Assembly (NCBI GenBank): GCA_902525635.1
Contig: CABZHV010000003.1
Span: forward strand, 9,538 to 73,537
Length of the DNA: 64,000 nt
Origin: an uncultured SAR86 cluster bacterium
GTDB lineage: Bacteria > Pseudomonadota > Gammaproteobacteria > Magnimaribacterales > D2472
Reading direction: 5' to 3'
A program made the position numbers and the translations under genes. The notes under the pieces are model-generated. The model worked only from the letters and a program-made list of their open reading frames with translations, did no database searches and was not told the origin of the DNA. The stretch's first letter is position 1, and each line of letters opens with the position of its first letter. This document shows positions 39,765-49,429 of the stretch, piece after piece.

Positions 39765-41264
39765 TTGTTAATGAAAAATCTAAATATTATTTTTATTGAT
39801 CAATTATCTAAAGATAATCCTGTTCTAAAAAATCCTAAAAATGGTGATTATTACTTATTTTATGAACCTCTTGATACATTTTATGAAATAAAACATCATA
39901 AACAAAAAATTACTCTTCTCGTTTCAGGTCTTAGAAATATATTAAATGATTTTAAGCATGAAAATGTTATTCATAAGAAAATTCAGAAGACTAAGGTAAT
40001 TTTGGATGAATACTTAAAGGCTGTTTGTGATGAACATAAGTTCAATAAAATTACTGTCTCTAAACCATCTGATTTTAATACATATAAAGATTTATTATTT
40101 TTTTCACAATCAAATAATATTGAACTTGAGGTCTTAAAGGATAAAAAATTTATATCACACTCAGAGGATTTTTCTGACTGGGCCTCAGATAAAAAAACAA
40201 GAATTCAAGAATATTATTATCGTTGGCTAAGAAAAAAATATGATATTTTTATGGATGATAATAATAAACCTATTGGTGATAAGTGGAATTTTGATAAAGA
40301 CAACCGTAAAGGAGTAAGTCAGCTAAAAATTGAAATTCCAAAAAGAAAAACAATTAAGACAAATCAAATTACATTTGACTCTATGGTTGATGTTGAAGAA
40401 TGTTTTCCAAGTTCGTATGGAACTTTAGAAAATTTTAATTGGGCTGTAACTTATAAGGAAGCAGAGAAATTATTAGATGATTTTCTTGAAAGATATTTTG
40501 AAAATTATGGACCGTTTCAGGATGCTATTAATAAAGATAGTACTTTTATGTTCCATTCTCTTCTTTCACCTTATCTAAATTGTGGCTTGCTAGATCCAAA
40601 AATATGTATTGAAAAAGCAGAAGAAAAATTTTATGAATCTGATGGACAAATACCAATTAACTCTGTTGAGGGCTTTATAAGACAAATCCTAGGTTGGAGA
40701 GAGTTTATTAGAGGCGTGTATTGGGAAAATATGCCTAAATATAAAACTCTTAATTATTGGTCACATAAATTAAAACTAAATCAAAACTGGTATGACGGAA
40801 AGACAACAATACCGCCTTTGGATGATGCTATTAACGAATCAAGAGAATTTGCTTACTCACATCATATCAATAGATTGATGATAATTTCCAACCTAATGAA
40901 TCTTTGTGGCGTTAATCCTAATGAAATGTATAAATGGTTTATGGAAATGTACATAGACTCATACGACTGGGTTATGGTACCAAATGTTTATGGGATGGGT
41001 TCTTATGCTGATGGTGGCATCTTTTCTACCAAACCTTATATTTGTGGTTCGAGTTACATGTTAAGAATGTCAAACTATAAGAAAGGTGAGTGGTGTGACA
41101 TTGTTGATGGTTTGTATTGGAGATTTGTTAATAAAAATATTAAATTTTTTGAATCTAATCCAAGATTAGCAGTAATGACAAGGTCTCTTGAAAAAATGAA
41201 TAAAGAAAGAAAATCAACGATATTCAAAAAGGCAGAAAATTTTATTGAGCAGAATACTCTTTAA
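39765..41264 (+). CDS. cryptochrome/photolyase-related protein (COG3046, FeS-BCP / (6-4) photolyase-like)
   Basis: About 500 aa with the layout typical of PhrB/CryB-type proteins. C-terminal region has spaced Cys (CGVNP..., YICGSSYMLRMSNYKKGEWC). Confidence 0.7.
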   Translation: MLMKNLNIIFIDQLSKDNPVLKNPKNGDYYLFYEPLDTFYEIKHHKQKITLLVSGLRNILNDFKHENVIHKKIQKTKVILDEYLKAVCDEHKFNKITVSKPSDFNTYKDLLFFSQSNNIELEVLKDKKFISHSEDFSDWASDKKTRIQEYYYRWLRKKYDIFMDDNNKPIGDKWNFDKDNRKGVSQLKIEIPKRKTIKTNQITFDSMVDVEECFPSSYGTLENFNWAVTYKEAEKLLDDFLERYFENYGPFQDAINKDSTFMFHSLLSPYLNCGLLDPKICIEKAEEKFYESDGQIPINSVEGFIRQILGWREFIRGVYWENMPKYKTLNYWSHKLKLNQNWYDGKTTIPPLDDAINESREFAYSHHINRLMIISNLMNLCGVNPNEMYKWFMEMYIDSYDWVMVPNVYGMGSYADGGIFSTKPYICGSSYMLRMSNYKKGEWCDIVDGLYWRFVNKNIKFFESNPRLAVMTRSLEKMNKERKSTIFKKAENFIEQNTL

Positions 41265-41266
41265 AT

Positions 41267-42121
41267 TTAATAATCAAGTTCATCCAAAAGAAAATTAGCT
41301 GCATATTTTTTAATTTCAATAGCATTATGTTCTAACTCTGGAATAACTTTATATCTCCATCTAAATGGAATACTATTTTTTTCACTAAAAATAACTAAAC
41401 TATTAAAATAATTTTTAGCTCTCTCATACCTATTTTCGCCTTGTCTCATTGCGCCCCTGCTCTTATTCAAATCAATATCATTAGGATCATTATCATACTC
41501 ACCAAGAAGAAATAAAACTTTTGTAGATAGAAACTTTTCATACTTATCATTATTAAGGGCTAAATTTTTTATACCATATGGAAACGGCTCATTATTTAAG
41601 AATGTATACCAACCAGCGCCACCAAGAACAACTTTTTCAATTTTTTTATCCTGGCTAAGTAATAAATACCTGTGAGTGAATTGAGAGCCAGCTGAGTATC
41701 CAAATACAGAATAAGTTTGAGTTTTAAGATTTAATTTATTTTGAAAATAAGTAAAAAAATATGACAACGAATTTTTAAGATTATTTGACTGATCATTTAG
41801 CATTTTTCCTGATGATTTTGCCATTTGCAAAGTCCAAAAATTAGGATAACTTGATTTTACAAAATGAGGCGCAATCAAAATAATATTTTTATTTATCGAT
41901 ATATCTTTCCACTGTTTTAAACTACTCTCAGCATCTCGTGAATTTCCATGAATAATAAATAAAACTCTAGTATTCTCATTTATTTCTTTTGGTAATGAAT
42001 ATAATAATTCAACATCAGGTTTGTCCCATGATGCATAAATGACTTTATTAATAGCATCTGAATAAAGTTCAGTAGCAAAGAATAAGAATAGAGAATAAAA
42101 TAATCTTTTCTTTATGTTCAT
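41267..42121 (-). CDS. secreted alpha/beta hydrolase (esterase)
   Basis: Signal peptide, HGNSRD oxyanion-type region, nucleophile elbow GYSAG. Confidence 0.65.
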   Translation of the reverse strand: MNIKKRLFYSLFLFFATELYSDAINKVIYASWDKPDVELLYSLPKEINENTRVLFIIHGNSRDAESSLKQWKDISINKNIILIAPHFVKSSYPNFWTLQMAKSSGKMLNDQSNNLKNSLSYFFTYFQNKLNLKTQTYSVFGYSAGSQFTHRYLLLSQDKKIEKVVLGGAGWYTFLNNEPFPYGIKNLALNNDKYEKFLSTKVLFLLGEYDNDPNDIDLNKSRGAMRQGENRYERAKNYFNSLVIFSEKNSIPFRWRYKVIPELEHNAIEIKKYAANFLLDELDY

Positions 42122-42184
42122 TAATTTATTCTAGCAATGAATGATTGATAATAGGTTAAAATATTTGTATTTAAGTTCAACTAA

Positions 42185-43291
42185 TTGAAAAAATCTATAG
42201 ACATTATTAATAAAATTCATTCGTCTCCATTTAAGCTTACGATAGTTTCAAGTGGTGGTGGCACTAATGCTATTTCAGCATTATTAAAGGTGCCAGGTGC
42301 GAGTAATACTATTTTAGAATCTTATATACCTTACTCTAAGGAATCGATGGATGATTTTTTAAGTAAAAAACCAGATCACTACTGCTCTCTTGATACTTGT
42401 TTAAGTATGGCAGCAAATGCTTTTAAAAAATCAAAACAAATTGATTCAGCTTCAAAAACAAAGCATCTTTTGGGTATTGCAATAACAGCAAGCTTAGCAA
42501 CAACTTATGAAAAAAAAGGTGAACACAAATTTTTTATTGTTGTTCAGAGTTATAACTATACTAAGTATCTTGAATGTCTTTTAGAGAAAGGTAAAAGGAC
42601 ACGTGAAGAGGAAGAAGAATTAATTACCAATTGTGTAATTAGTCTTTTAGCAAGTTCGTGTAATTTTGAATTCGATCTTCCAGAGATAGACGAAAATATT
42701 AAGATAAAACAAATTAATGCTGAGAAGTCTTGGAAGAAATTATTTAATAATAAAATTGGCTATATTTCAAATAATAAAAGTAATCCAGAGTTGATATTCC
42801 CAGGATCTTTTAATCCACTTCATGAAGGTCATTTAAAGATGAAAGAGTTAGCAGAAAAGAAAACAGGAATGCACACTACATTTGAGATATGTGCAAAAAA
42901 TGCTGACAAACCGCCTTTAACATTTTACGAAATTAAAAGGACCATAGAGCAATTTAAAAATGAGGAAAGTTGGATGCTCACCTCAGCAGGAAGATTTAGC
43001 GAGAAAGCTAAAATGTTTCCGAATTCAGTTTTTATCATTGGTGCTGATACGTTGATGAGGGTTTTTGATGAAAAATTCTATGACAGTTATGAAAACATGA
43101 TGGAACACATTCAAAGATTCAATGATCATAATATAAATTTTCTTGTATTTGGCAGAAAGGTTCAAAAAAAGTTTATATCTCTTGATGATCTAAAAGTGCC
43201 TGACATTATTGAGGATCGATGCACAGGTATTGATGAAAATGTTTTCAGGGATGATATTTCATCTACCGTTATAAGACTAACAAAAGATTAG
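42185..43291 (+). CDS. fusion protein: CinA/PncC-like domain plus NadD/NMNAT-like nucleotidyltransferase
   Basis: The N-terminal half has SSGGGTNAISALLKVPGASNTILESYIPYSKES (compare PncC ESCTGG...PGSS...YSNEAK). The C-terminal half has GSFNPLHEGH, an (H/T)xGH motif, and terminal ISSTVIR, as in NadD. Confidence 0.6.
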   Translation: MKKSIDIINKIHSSPFKLTIVSSGGGTNAISALLKVPGASNTILESYIPYSKESMDDFLSKKPDHYCSLDTCLSMAANAFKKSKQIDSASKTKHLLGIAITASLATTYEKKGEHKFFIVVQSYNYTKYLECLLEKGKRTREEEEELITNCVISLLASSCNFEFDLPEIDENIKIKQINAEKSWKKLFNNKIGYISNNKSNPELIFPGSFNPLHEGHLKMKELAEKKTGMHTTFEICAKNADKPPLTFYEIKRTIEQFKNEESWMLTSAGRFSEKAKMFPNSVFIIGADTLMRVFDEKFYDSYENMMEHIQRFNDHNINFLVFGRKVQKKFISLDDLKVPDIIEDRCTGIDENVFRDDISSTVIRLTKD

Positions 43292-43482
43292 TTATGAGGA
43301 GGCAATTTTGCTTCTACAAACCATTCATGAACTCTTTTTACAGGATTAAATTTCTTAAGTCTCATTTTCTTGTTTTCAAGAGTAAACTTTCTAGTCTTAA
43401 TCGCAGTGTAATGATAGGTGTGACTATCACGGGATTCGCTTTCTGGTATTAAGTAAACTTTAGTTTGTTTTTTATCAGCCAT
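43288..43482 (-). CDS. rpmG: divergent ribosomal protein L33-like
   Basis: KKFNPVKRVHEWFVEAKL aligns with E. coli L33 RKFDPVVRQHVIYKEAKI. 64 aa with no Cys. Stands alone, with no adjacent rpmB. Confidence 0.5.
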   Translation of the reverse strand: MADKKQTKVYLIPESESRDSHTYHYTAIKTRKFTLENKKMRLKKFNPVKRVHEWFVEAKLPPHN

Positions 43483-43578
43483 AATTGTGACAAATTATAC
43501 ACAAAGTTCAATATTTATAAATTGTTATTTATTTTTATATCAAATGACTACATTAAAAACTCACAAGGAAAGTTATCT

Positions 43579-44478
43579 TTAAAACTTTGACTTAAACAAA
43601 TGGAAATTACCATAAAGAGGAGTTCTTTCCTTAGTTATTACACCAATAGATATCTTTTCTAATATTTCCTTGTGAGTATTGCTCTTAATATCCATAAATG
43701 TGTTTATAAATTCTTCTTTATTGATATCTGGATAAATTCTACGCATTAAACTTCCAGCTAAAAAAATTCCATCACCTGGTAAAAATGTCAAGGCTAGATC
43801 TGAAAGAGTTTCTGATAATGATTTTATAAACCCTTTAATGACATCAGTTGCAATCTCATCTTTTTTAATAAATTTTTTATATATTTCTTCAGAGGATATT
43901 TCTTTATTTGTGATTAATTTATAAATAGATGAAATTGCAGAACCTGAAACAAGACTTTCGAGTGTTCTGTAATCATCCAAATTTACACTATAATTTTTTT
44001 TTAGTGAAAAACTTGTATTTGTTGTATTACCAATTTCTGTAGGAATAACAATTTTGTTGTCTATGGATATTGATGCTCCAAGTCCAGTACCAGGGCCAAT
44101 AAATAATTTTGTGTTATTAAATTTATTTCCTTCTTTTATAAAATCTATGCTGCTTGAAACATAACTAAAACTATATGCAATTGCTTCCCAGTCATTCAGC
44201 AAAATACAATCATCAAGATTAAACTTTTTTTTAATAACATCAGCATCGATTAAAAAATTTCTATTAGTCATAGAAATTGAATTATTAATTTTTGGGCCTG
44301 CAACTGAAATGATTAAAATGTTTATCTTTTGATCGTTTATTATTTTTTCAATAAAGCAATTAAAATTACTCTGATTAAACTGAATTTTATTTATTTCACA
44401 TAGATCATCATCAAATTCTTTTGCAACGGCATAACGCATATTTGTTCCACCGAGATCTACTAGCAGGGCATTATTCAT
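43579..44478 (-). CDS. glk: glucokinase
   Basis: LLVDLGGTNMRYAV N-terminal ATP motif. 299 aa. 8-nt overlap with the upstream GH3 gene. Confidence 0.85.
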   Translation of the reverse strand: MNNALLVDLGGTNMRYAVAKEFDDDLCEINKIQFNQSNFNCFIEKIINDQKINILIISVAGPKINNSISMTNRNFLIDADVIKKKFNLDDCILLNDWEAIAYSFSYVSSSIDFIKEGNKFNNTKLFIGPGTGLGASISIDNKIVIPTEIGNTTNTSFSLKKNYSVNLDDYRTLESLVSGSAISSIYKLITNKEISSEEIYKKFIKKDEIATDVIKGFIKSLSETLSDLALTFLPGDGIFLAGSLMRRIYPDINKEEFINTFMDIKSNTHKEILEKISIGVITKERTPLYGNFHLFKSKF

Positions 44479-46378
44479 CTAGATGCTTATAAGTCAATCC
44501 ATAGCCATATTTATATAAAGGGAGATAATCTTCATCCTTTTCATTAAGCGGATTATTAGATGTTTTACTAGGCCATGAAAATGAAAGCTTCCCTTTAAAG
44601 TCATAATTTATTGATCCATCTTTATTACTAAAAATTACATCATTTATCCCCTCAACAGCTGTGCCAGGTAGCCATATAGACACAAATGAATCTGAATATT
44701 TAATTTCATTATCAACAATCAAAGGTCTGCCTGATATGAATAACGAAACTACTGATATGTTATTTTTTTGAAACATCCTCATTTTTCTTAAAAGATTTTG
44801 GTTATTTTTAGAAAAATTAAGATTAACGATATCACCCTCACCTTCAGCATAAGGAGTTTCACCATATACGAAAATCACTGTATCAGGTTTATTTTTATAA
44901 GAACCATCTTTTGAATATTCAACACTTCCACCATTTTGTATGATGAAGTTTGATAAAGAATCATAAATGCTTTGAGTATTTGGAAAATCTTCATTTGATA
45001 AATTAACACCTTCCCATGATTTGCCTTGCCATGTAATTGTCCAACCTCCCATTTGATTTTCAATTTGCTGAGACATTTTACCAACAATGAGATATTTTTT
45101 ATTTGGATTCATTGGCAGATTATTATTTTGATTTTTTAATAGTACTAATGATTCGCGAACAGCCTGTCTTGCAAGCATTCTATGATCTTTGCTGCCCAAA
45201 AAGTTTTTATTATAATTGTGAGGTATTCTTTGGTTAAATAAACCAAGGTGCTCTTTTGCTATCAAAATTCTTTGAACTGCATCATTTAATCTTTCAATTG
45301 GAATGACTCCATTTCTAACTTGTTCAAGTGTATTAAAATATAGTGACTCCCATTCAGTTGGTACCATATAAATGTCAACACCCGAAATTAGAGCATCAGG
45401 GCAATTATTATCCTCGCAACCAGGAATTTGACCATGACCATTCCAATCTCCAACTATAAATCCATTAAAGCCCATTTGAGATTTTAAAACTTCAGTCAAT
45501 AAATATTTATTTCCGTGCATCTTTTTGCCATTCCATGAATTAAAACTGGCCATTATTGAAAGTGCACATTCGTTTATAGCAGTATAGTAAGGTTTAGCAT
45601 GAACCTCTTTAAGTGATAACTCATCAATGATGGTATTACCTTGATCAATACCATTCTTTGTTCCACCATCACCAACAAAGTGTTTTACAGTTGCTAGGAT
45701 ATGATCTTCATCTAAAAATGATTCACTTTCTCCCTGTAAACCAATAATAAAACTTGTTCCTAAACTTGATACTAAATCAGTATTTTCAGAGAAACCCTCA
45801 TAAGTTCGGCCCCATAGATCATTTTTTGGAACAGCTACAGTGGGTGCAAATGTCCAAATAATCCCTGTAGATGCGACTTCTTTAGCAACAGCATTTCCTA
45901 TTTTTCTCACTAAAACTTCATTTCTAGTGGCACCAAGTCCTATATTATGAGGAAAAATTGTTGCTCCAATTACATTGTTATGTCCGTGGACCGCATCAGT
46001 TCCCCATAAAATAGGAACCTTTACTCCATCTATGATCGGAGATGCTTCATAATAATTTTTACTAAGATTTTTCCAGTCTTGAACGGAGCTATTTTTATTT
46101 TGATTTGGAAAACCTCCTCCCCCATTAAGAATTGTCCCAAATTGATATTTTTTAACTTCCTCAGGTGTAACACTATTAATTTCAGGCATAATAACGTGTC
46201 CAACTTTTTGCTCTAAAGTCATATTTTTTAAAATTCTATTTGTTAAATCAGATTGATTTGGTAGTTCGCAAGCATTTGGGTTAGACCAATCAACCTGAGC
46301 AGATATACAGGAACTAAATATAATTAAAACAAATAACTTTTTCATAAATTTATGCAAATGTTGTGTATATAATTCCAA
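44471..46378 (-). CDS. periplasmic/lipoprotein GH3 beta-glucosidase (exo-1,3/1,4-beta-glucanase type)
   Basis: KHFVGDGGT and GFIVGDW (catalytic Asp) GH3 motifs. The likely real start is MKKLFVLIIFSSC at 46345. Confidence 0.9.
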   Translation of the reverse strand: MELYTQHLHKFMKKLFVLIIFSSCISAQVDWSNPNACELPNQSDLTNRILKNMTLEQKVGHVIMPEINSVTPEEVKKYQFGTILNGGGGFPNQNKNSSVQDWKNLSKNYYEASPIIDGVKVPILWGTDAVHGHNNVIGATIFPHNIGLGATRNEVLVRKIGNAVAKEVASTGIIWTFAPTVAVPKNDLWGRTYEGFSENTDLVSSLGTSFIIGLQGESESFLDEDHILATVKHFVGDGGTKNGIDQGNTIIDELSLKEVHAKPYYTAINECALSIMASFNSWNGKKMHGNKYLLTEVLKSQMGFNGFIVGDWNGHGQIPGCEDNNCPDALISGVDIYMVPTEWESLYFNTLEQVRNGVIPIERLNDAVQRILIAKEHLGLFNQRIPHNYNKNFLGSKDHRMLARQAVRESLVLLKNQNNNLPMNPNKKYLIVGKMSQQIENQMGGWTITWQGKSWEGVNLSNEDFPNTQSIYDSLSNFIIQNGGSVEYSKDGSYKNKPDTVIFVYGETPYAEGEGDIVNLNFSKNNQNLLRKMRMFQKNNISVVSLFISGRPLIVDNEIKYSDSFVSIWLPGTAVEGINDVIFSNKDGSINYDFKGKLSFSWPSKTSNNPLNEKDEDYLPLYKYGYGLTYKHLDE

Positions 46379-47915
46379 GAACTACAACTACGATCAGAAT
46401 ATTGATATTAAAAGCTCTTGATGTTGAAAAATTAATATTATTTAAATTTATTGCTTTTTCTTGATTCTTGTAACCTTGCAAGAAGGAAGTTAACCAGCAA
46501 CCTACTGCAGACAACACAAATACAATTGTCATCCTATGTATATATGGCAATTCAGGAAATTGGATACTTATTAGTATTGACCCAAATAGAGAAATCAATG
46601 CCGCTATTAAAACTGATAATGAAGTAGCTTTTTTCCAAAATAAAGCAACTAAAAAAATCACCACAATTCCTGGAGAAAAATAGCCAGTGAAATTTTGTAT
46701 ATATTGAAAAATTGATTCAAAGCTGCCGAGAAGCGGTTTTGCAATTAAAGCTGCAATAATGAGTGAAACAACAACAGTTATTCTTCCAACTTTTATTAAA
46801 TTAAATTGAGATACTTCGTTTCCCTTGAAATATCTATATATATCCATTGTAAATATTGTACTTATGCTATTGCTCATAGATGCCAATGAAGAAACAATAG
46901 CTGCTATTAATGCTGCAAAGGTTAAACCTAATAGACCACTAGGCAATAAAGACATCATTGTAGGATAAGCTTGGTCAGATTTTTCAAGAACAGGAAAAAG
47001 AATAGCGGCACATATTCCCGGAAGCACAATTACTATTGGCATAAGTAATTTCAGATATGCAGCAAACATCACTCCCTTTTGAGCTTCTTTTATATTTTTT
47101 GCACCAAGTGCTCTTTGAGTAATATATTGATTAAAGCCCCAGTAGAAAAAATGACCAATCCAAACCCCTAACCCAAGTAATATCCATATACCTGGCAAAT
47201 CTTTGTATGAAGGATTATCTTTAGATAAAACCATATCGAACTTTTCTGGCATTTCATTCATAACAATCCTTAATCCCTCAAAAACTCCTGAAGATTCTGA
47301 GATTATATTCAAAGCAATAAATGAGACTGCTAATCCTCCAAAAATTAAAAGAACGACCTGAACAACATCTGTCATTGCAACAGCCTTCAATCCTCCAGAT
47401 AAAGAATATGCTAGAGAAAAGAGAGCCAATATTATCAAGCCATAAAAAAGATCTAATCCAGTGAGCGCATTAATTGCAAGAGATCCTAACCAGAGAACGG
47501 ATGTTAAGTTAATAAATATATATACAATTAACCAAAAAAATGAAAGAACTAAACTAACCCTTTTATCAAACCTTTGTTCTAAAAATTGAGGCATCGTATA
47601 TATTTTTTTTTCTAAGAACAAAGGTAAAAAGAACTTTGCCATTACAATCAACGCAATAGCAGCAGTTAATTCCCATACAGCAATAGCCATGCCAACAATA
47701 AAACCTTGTCCAGACATTCCGATAATTTGTTCTGCTGAAATATTAGCAGCGATTAATGAGGCGCCTATGGCCCACCATGGTAATGATCTGCCTGCAAGAA
47801 AATAATCTTCGGCACTTCTTTCGGTACCTGATTTTTTTCTTGATATGTATGTAGCTAAAGAAATTATCCCAACACAATAAATACCTACGATTATCCAATC
47901 TAAAGCGACAAACAT
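46350..47915 (-). CDS. sodium:solute symporter, SGLT-like (sodium/glucose)
   Basis: YFLAGRSLPWWAIGASLIAANISAEQIIGMSGQG is nearly identical in pattern to the vSGLT signature. 521 aa. Confidence 0.9.
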   Translation of the reverse strand: MFVALDWIIVGIYCVGIISLATYISRKKSGTERSAEDYFLAGRSLPWWAIGASLIAANISAEQIIGMSGQGFIVGMAIAVWELTAAIALIVMAKFFLPLFLEKKIYTMPQFLEQRFDKRVSLVLSFFWLIVYIFINLTSVLWLGSLAINALTGLDLFYGLIILALFSLAYSLSGGLKAVAMTDVVQVVLLIFGGLAVSFIALNIISESSGVFEGLRIVMNEMPEKFDMVLSKDNPSYKDLPGIWILLGLGVWIGHFFYWGFNQYITQRALGAKNIKEAQKGVMFAAYLKLLMPIVIVLPGICAAILFPVLEKSDQAYPTMMSLLPSGLLGLTFAALIAAIVSSLASMSNSISTIFTMDIYRYFKGNEVSQFNLIKVGRITVVVSLIIAALIAKPLLGSFESIFQYIQNFTGYFSPGIVVIFLVALFWKKATSLSVLIAALISLFGSILISIQFPELPYIHRMTIVFVLSAVGCWLTSFLQGYKNQEKAINLNNINFSTSRAFNINILIVVVVLGIIYTTFA

Positions 47916-47976
47916 TATTCCCTATTTATTAATAATTATATTTATATTGTAACAATTAAAACTAATTACTAGCGAC

Positions 47977-49389
47977 CTAAAAGTTAATAATTTGAATCGC
48001 CTCAGAATGTTTTTCAGAAAATATTCCTGAAACCATTACAAGCTTTAAAGACTTCCTTTTTTTATAATAAATCTTCAATGTTTTTTTAATGTGATCTAAT
48101 GTTTTATCATGATTATTTAGCCTTTCTACATAAAAAGGTATTGAAGAACCAATTAATGAAAGCTGTTTTAAAGTATTAAGATTATTAGTAAATGTAAATA
48201 TTGGAATATCTTTAGGTTTGGCATTGGAAATAAAATTTGCTGTATCGCCTGTTCTTGTGACTGCGATTATTCCATCAGCTCTAATTGATTCACTTAAATT
48301 TTTTGCAGCGACTGCAATTGACTCCCAGTCTGAATTAGTAATTAATTCTTTTTCATAGCCAAGGGTTTTGAACTTTTCAGTTTTCTTAGAAATTGACTTT
48401 AAAAATTTTACACACTCTACAGGATGCTTACCTATACTTGTTTCTCCAGAAAGCATTAAAGCATCAGCTCCTTCATATACTGCATTAGCAACGTCAGTTA
48501 CTTCCGCTCTAGTTGGTGTTGGATTGTTAATCATTGATTCTAGAAGATGAGTGGCTACAATTGATCTTTTACCCCATTTTGCACATGAAAACATTATCTT
48601 TCGTTGAATATTAGGTAAATCAGTTAAGCTTGTCTCAATACCCAAGTCACCTCTTGCAACCATTATTCCCCATGCTAATTCACAGATCTCGTCAATGCTG
48701 TCTAGGCCTTCTTGATTTTCAATTTTTGCAATTATCTTAGATGTTGATTTTTTTTTAGAAAGCATTTTGTCAAGAACTTCTAAATCTTTTTTATTTCTTA
48801 CAAACGAAGCAGCAATAAAATCCACATTATTTTTAATTCCGAAATTTATATCTTTCATATCTTTTGAGGTTATTGATGGCATATCTAACCTTACTCCAGG
48901 TAGATTGACATGTCTTTTTGAGCCAACTTTACCACCATGAACAACTTTACATATTAAATTTTCTGATTGTTTTGAAAGAACTTTAAAGCTTATCAATCCG
49001 TTATCTACTGATATTTTTGAACCAACATCAACACTGTGAATTAATCCTTTATAGTTAACTTTTATTGAAGATGTTTCTACATCAACTTCATCGCGAACAG
49101 TCAATGTAACTTTATCGCCAACTTTTAAATCAATTGGAAGTGAAGTATCTCCAGTTCTAATTTCTGGTCCTTGTGTATCTAGAAGAATTCCAATCTCAGA
49201 TAATTTATTATTTTTCTCTTTATTGATTTTATTTATATTTTCAATAATTTGTTTAGCACTACTGTGAGTAGCATGAGACATATTAATTCTTGCAACATTC
49301 ATCCCAGCAGTATGAAGTTTTTTTAAAATTATCGGTGAGCTGCTTGCAGGCCCAATAGTACATATGATTTTAGATCTAGTGAATGTCAT
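47977..49389 (-). CDS. pyk: pyruvate kinase
   Basis: KIICTIGPAS start, MVARGDLG motif. 470 aa. Confidence 0.95.
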   Translation of the reverse strand: MTFTRSKIICTIGPASSSPIILKKLHTAGMNVARINMSHATHSSAKQIIENINKINKEKNNKLSEIGILLDTQGPEIRTGDTSLPIDLKVGDKVTLTVRDEVDVETSSIKVNYKGLIHSVDVGSKISVDNGLISFKVLSKQSENLICKVVHGGKVGSKRHVNLPGVRLDMPSITSKDMKDINFGIKNNVDFIAASFVRNKKDLEVLDKMLSKKKSTSKIIAKIENQEGLDSIDEICELAWGIMVARGDLGIETSLTDLPNIQRKIMFSCAKWGKRSIVATHLLESMINNPTPTRAEVTDVANAVYEGADALMLSGETSIGKHPVECVKFLKSISKKTEKFKTLGYEKELITNSDWESIAVAAKNLSESIRADGIIAVTRTGDTANFISNAKPKDIPIFTFTNNLNTLKQLSLIGSSIPFYVERLNNHDKTLDHIKKTLKIYYKKRKSLKLVMVSGIFSEKHSEAIQIINF

Positions 49390-49398
49390 AATTATTGG

Positions 49399-49426
49399 AT
49401 ATTAATGATTATTTAGCCTTTTGCAA
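49399..49426 (-). promoter_or_regulatory. sigma70-type promoter directly abutting the pyk start codon
   Basis: The minus strand reads TTGCAA-N16-TAATAT, with the -10 ending 9 nt before the pyk ATG and no Shine-Dalgarno in between. Confidence 0.4.
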
Positions 49427-49429
49427 GCC

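Noticed and set aside
47948-47954. Single TGTAACA heptamer between the pyk stop and the SGLT start, as another Pho box
   Set aside because: It is an isolated heptamer with no 11-bp-spaced partner.
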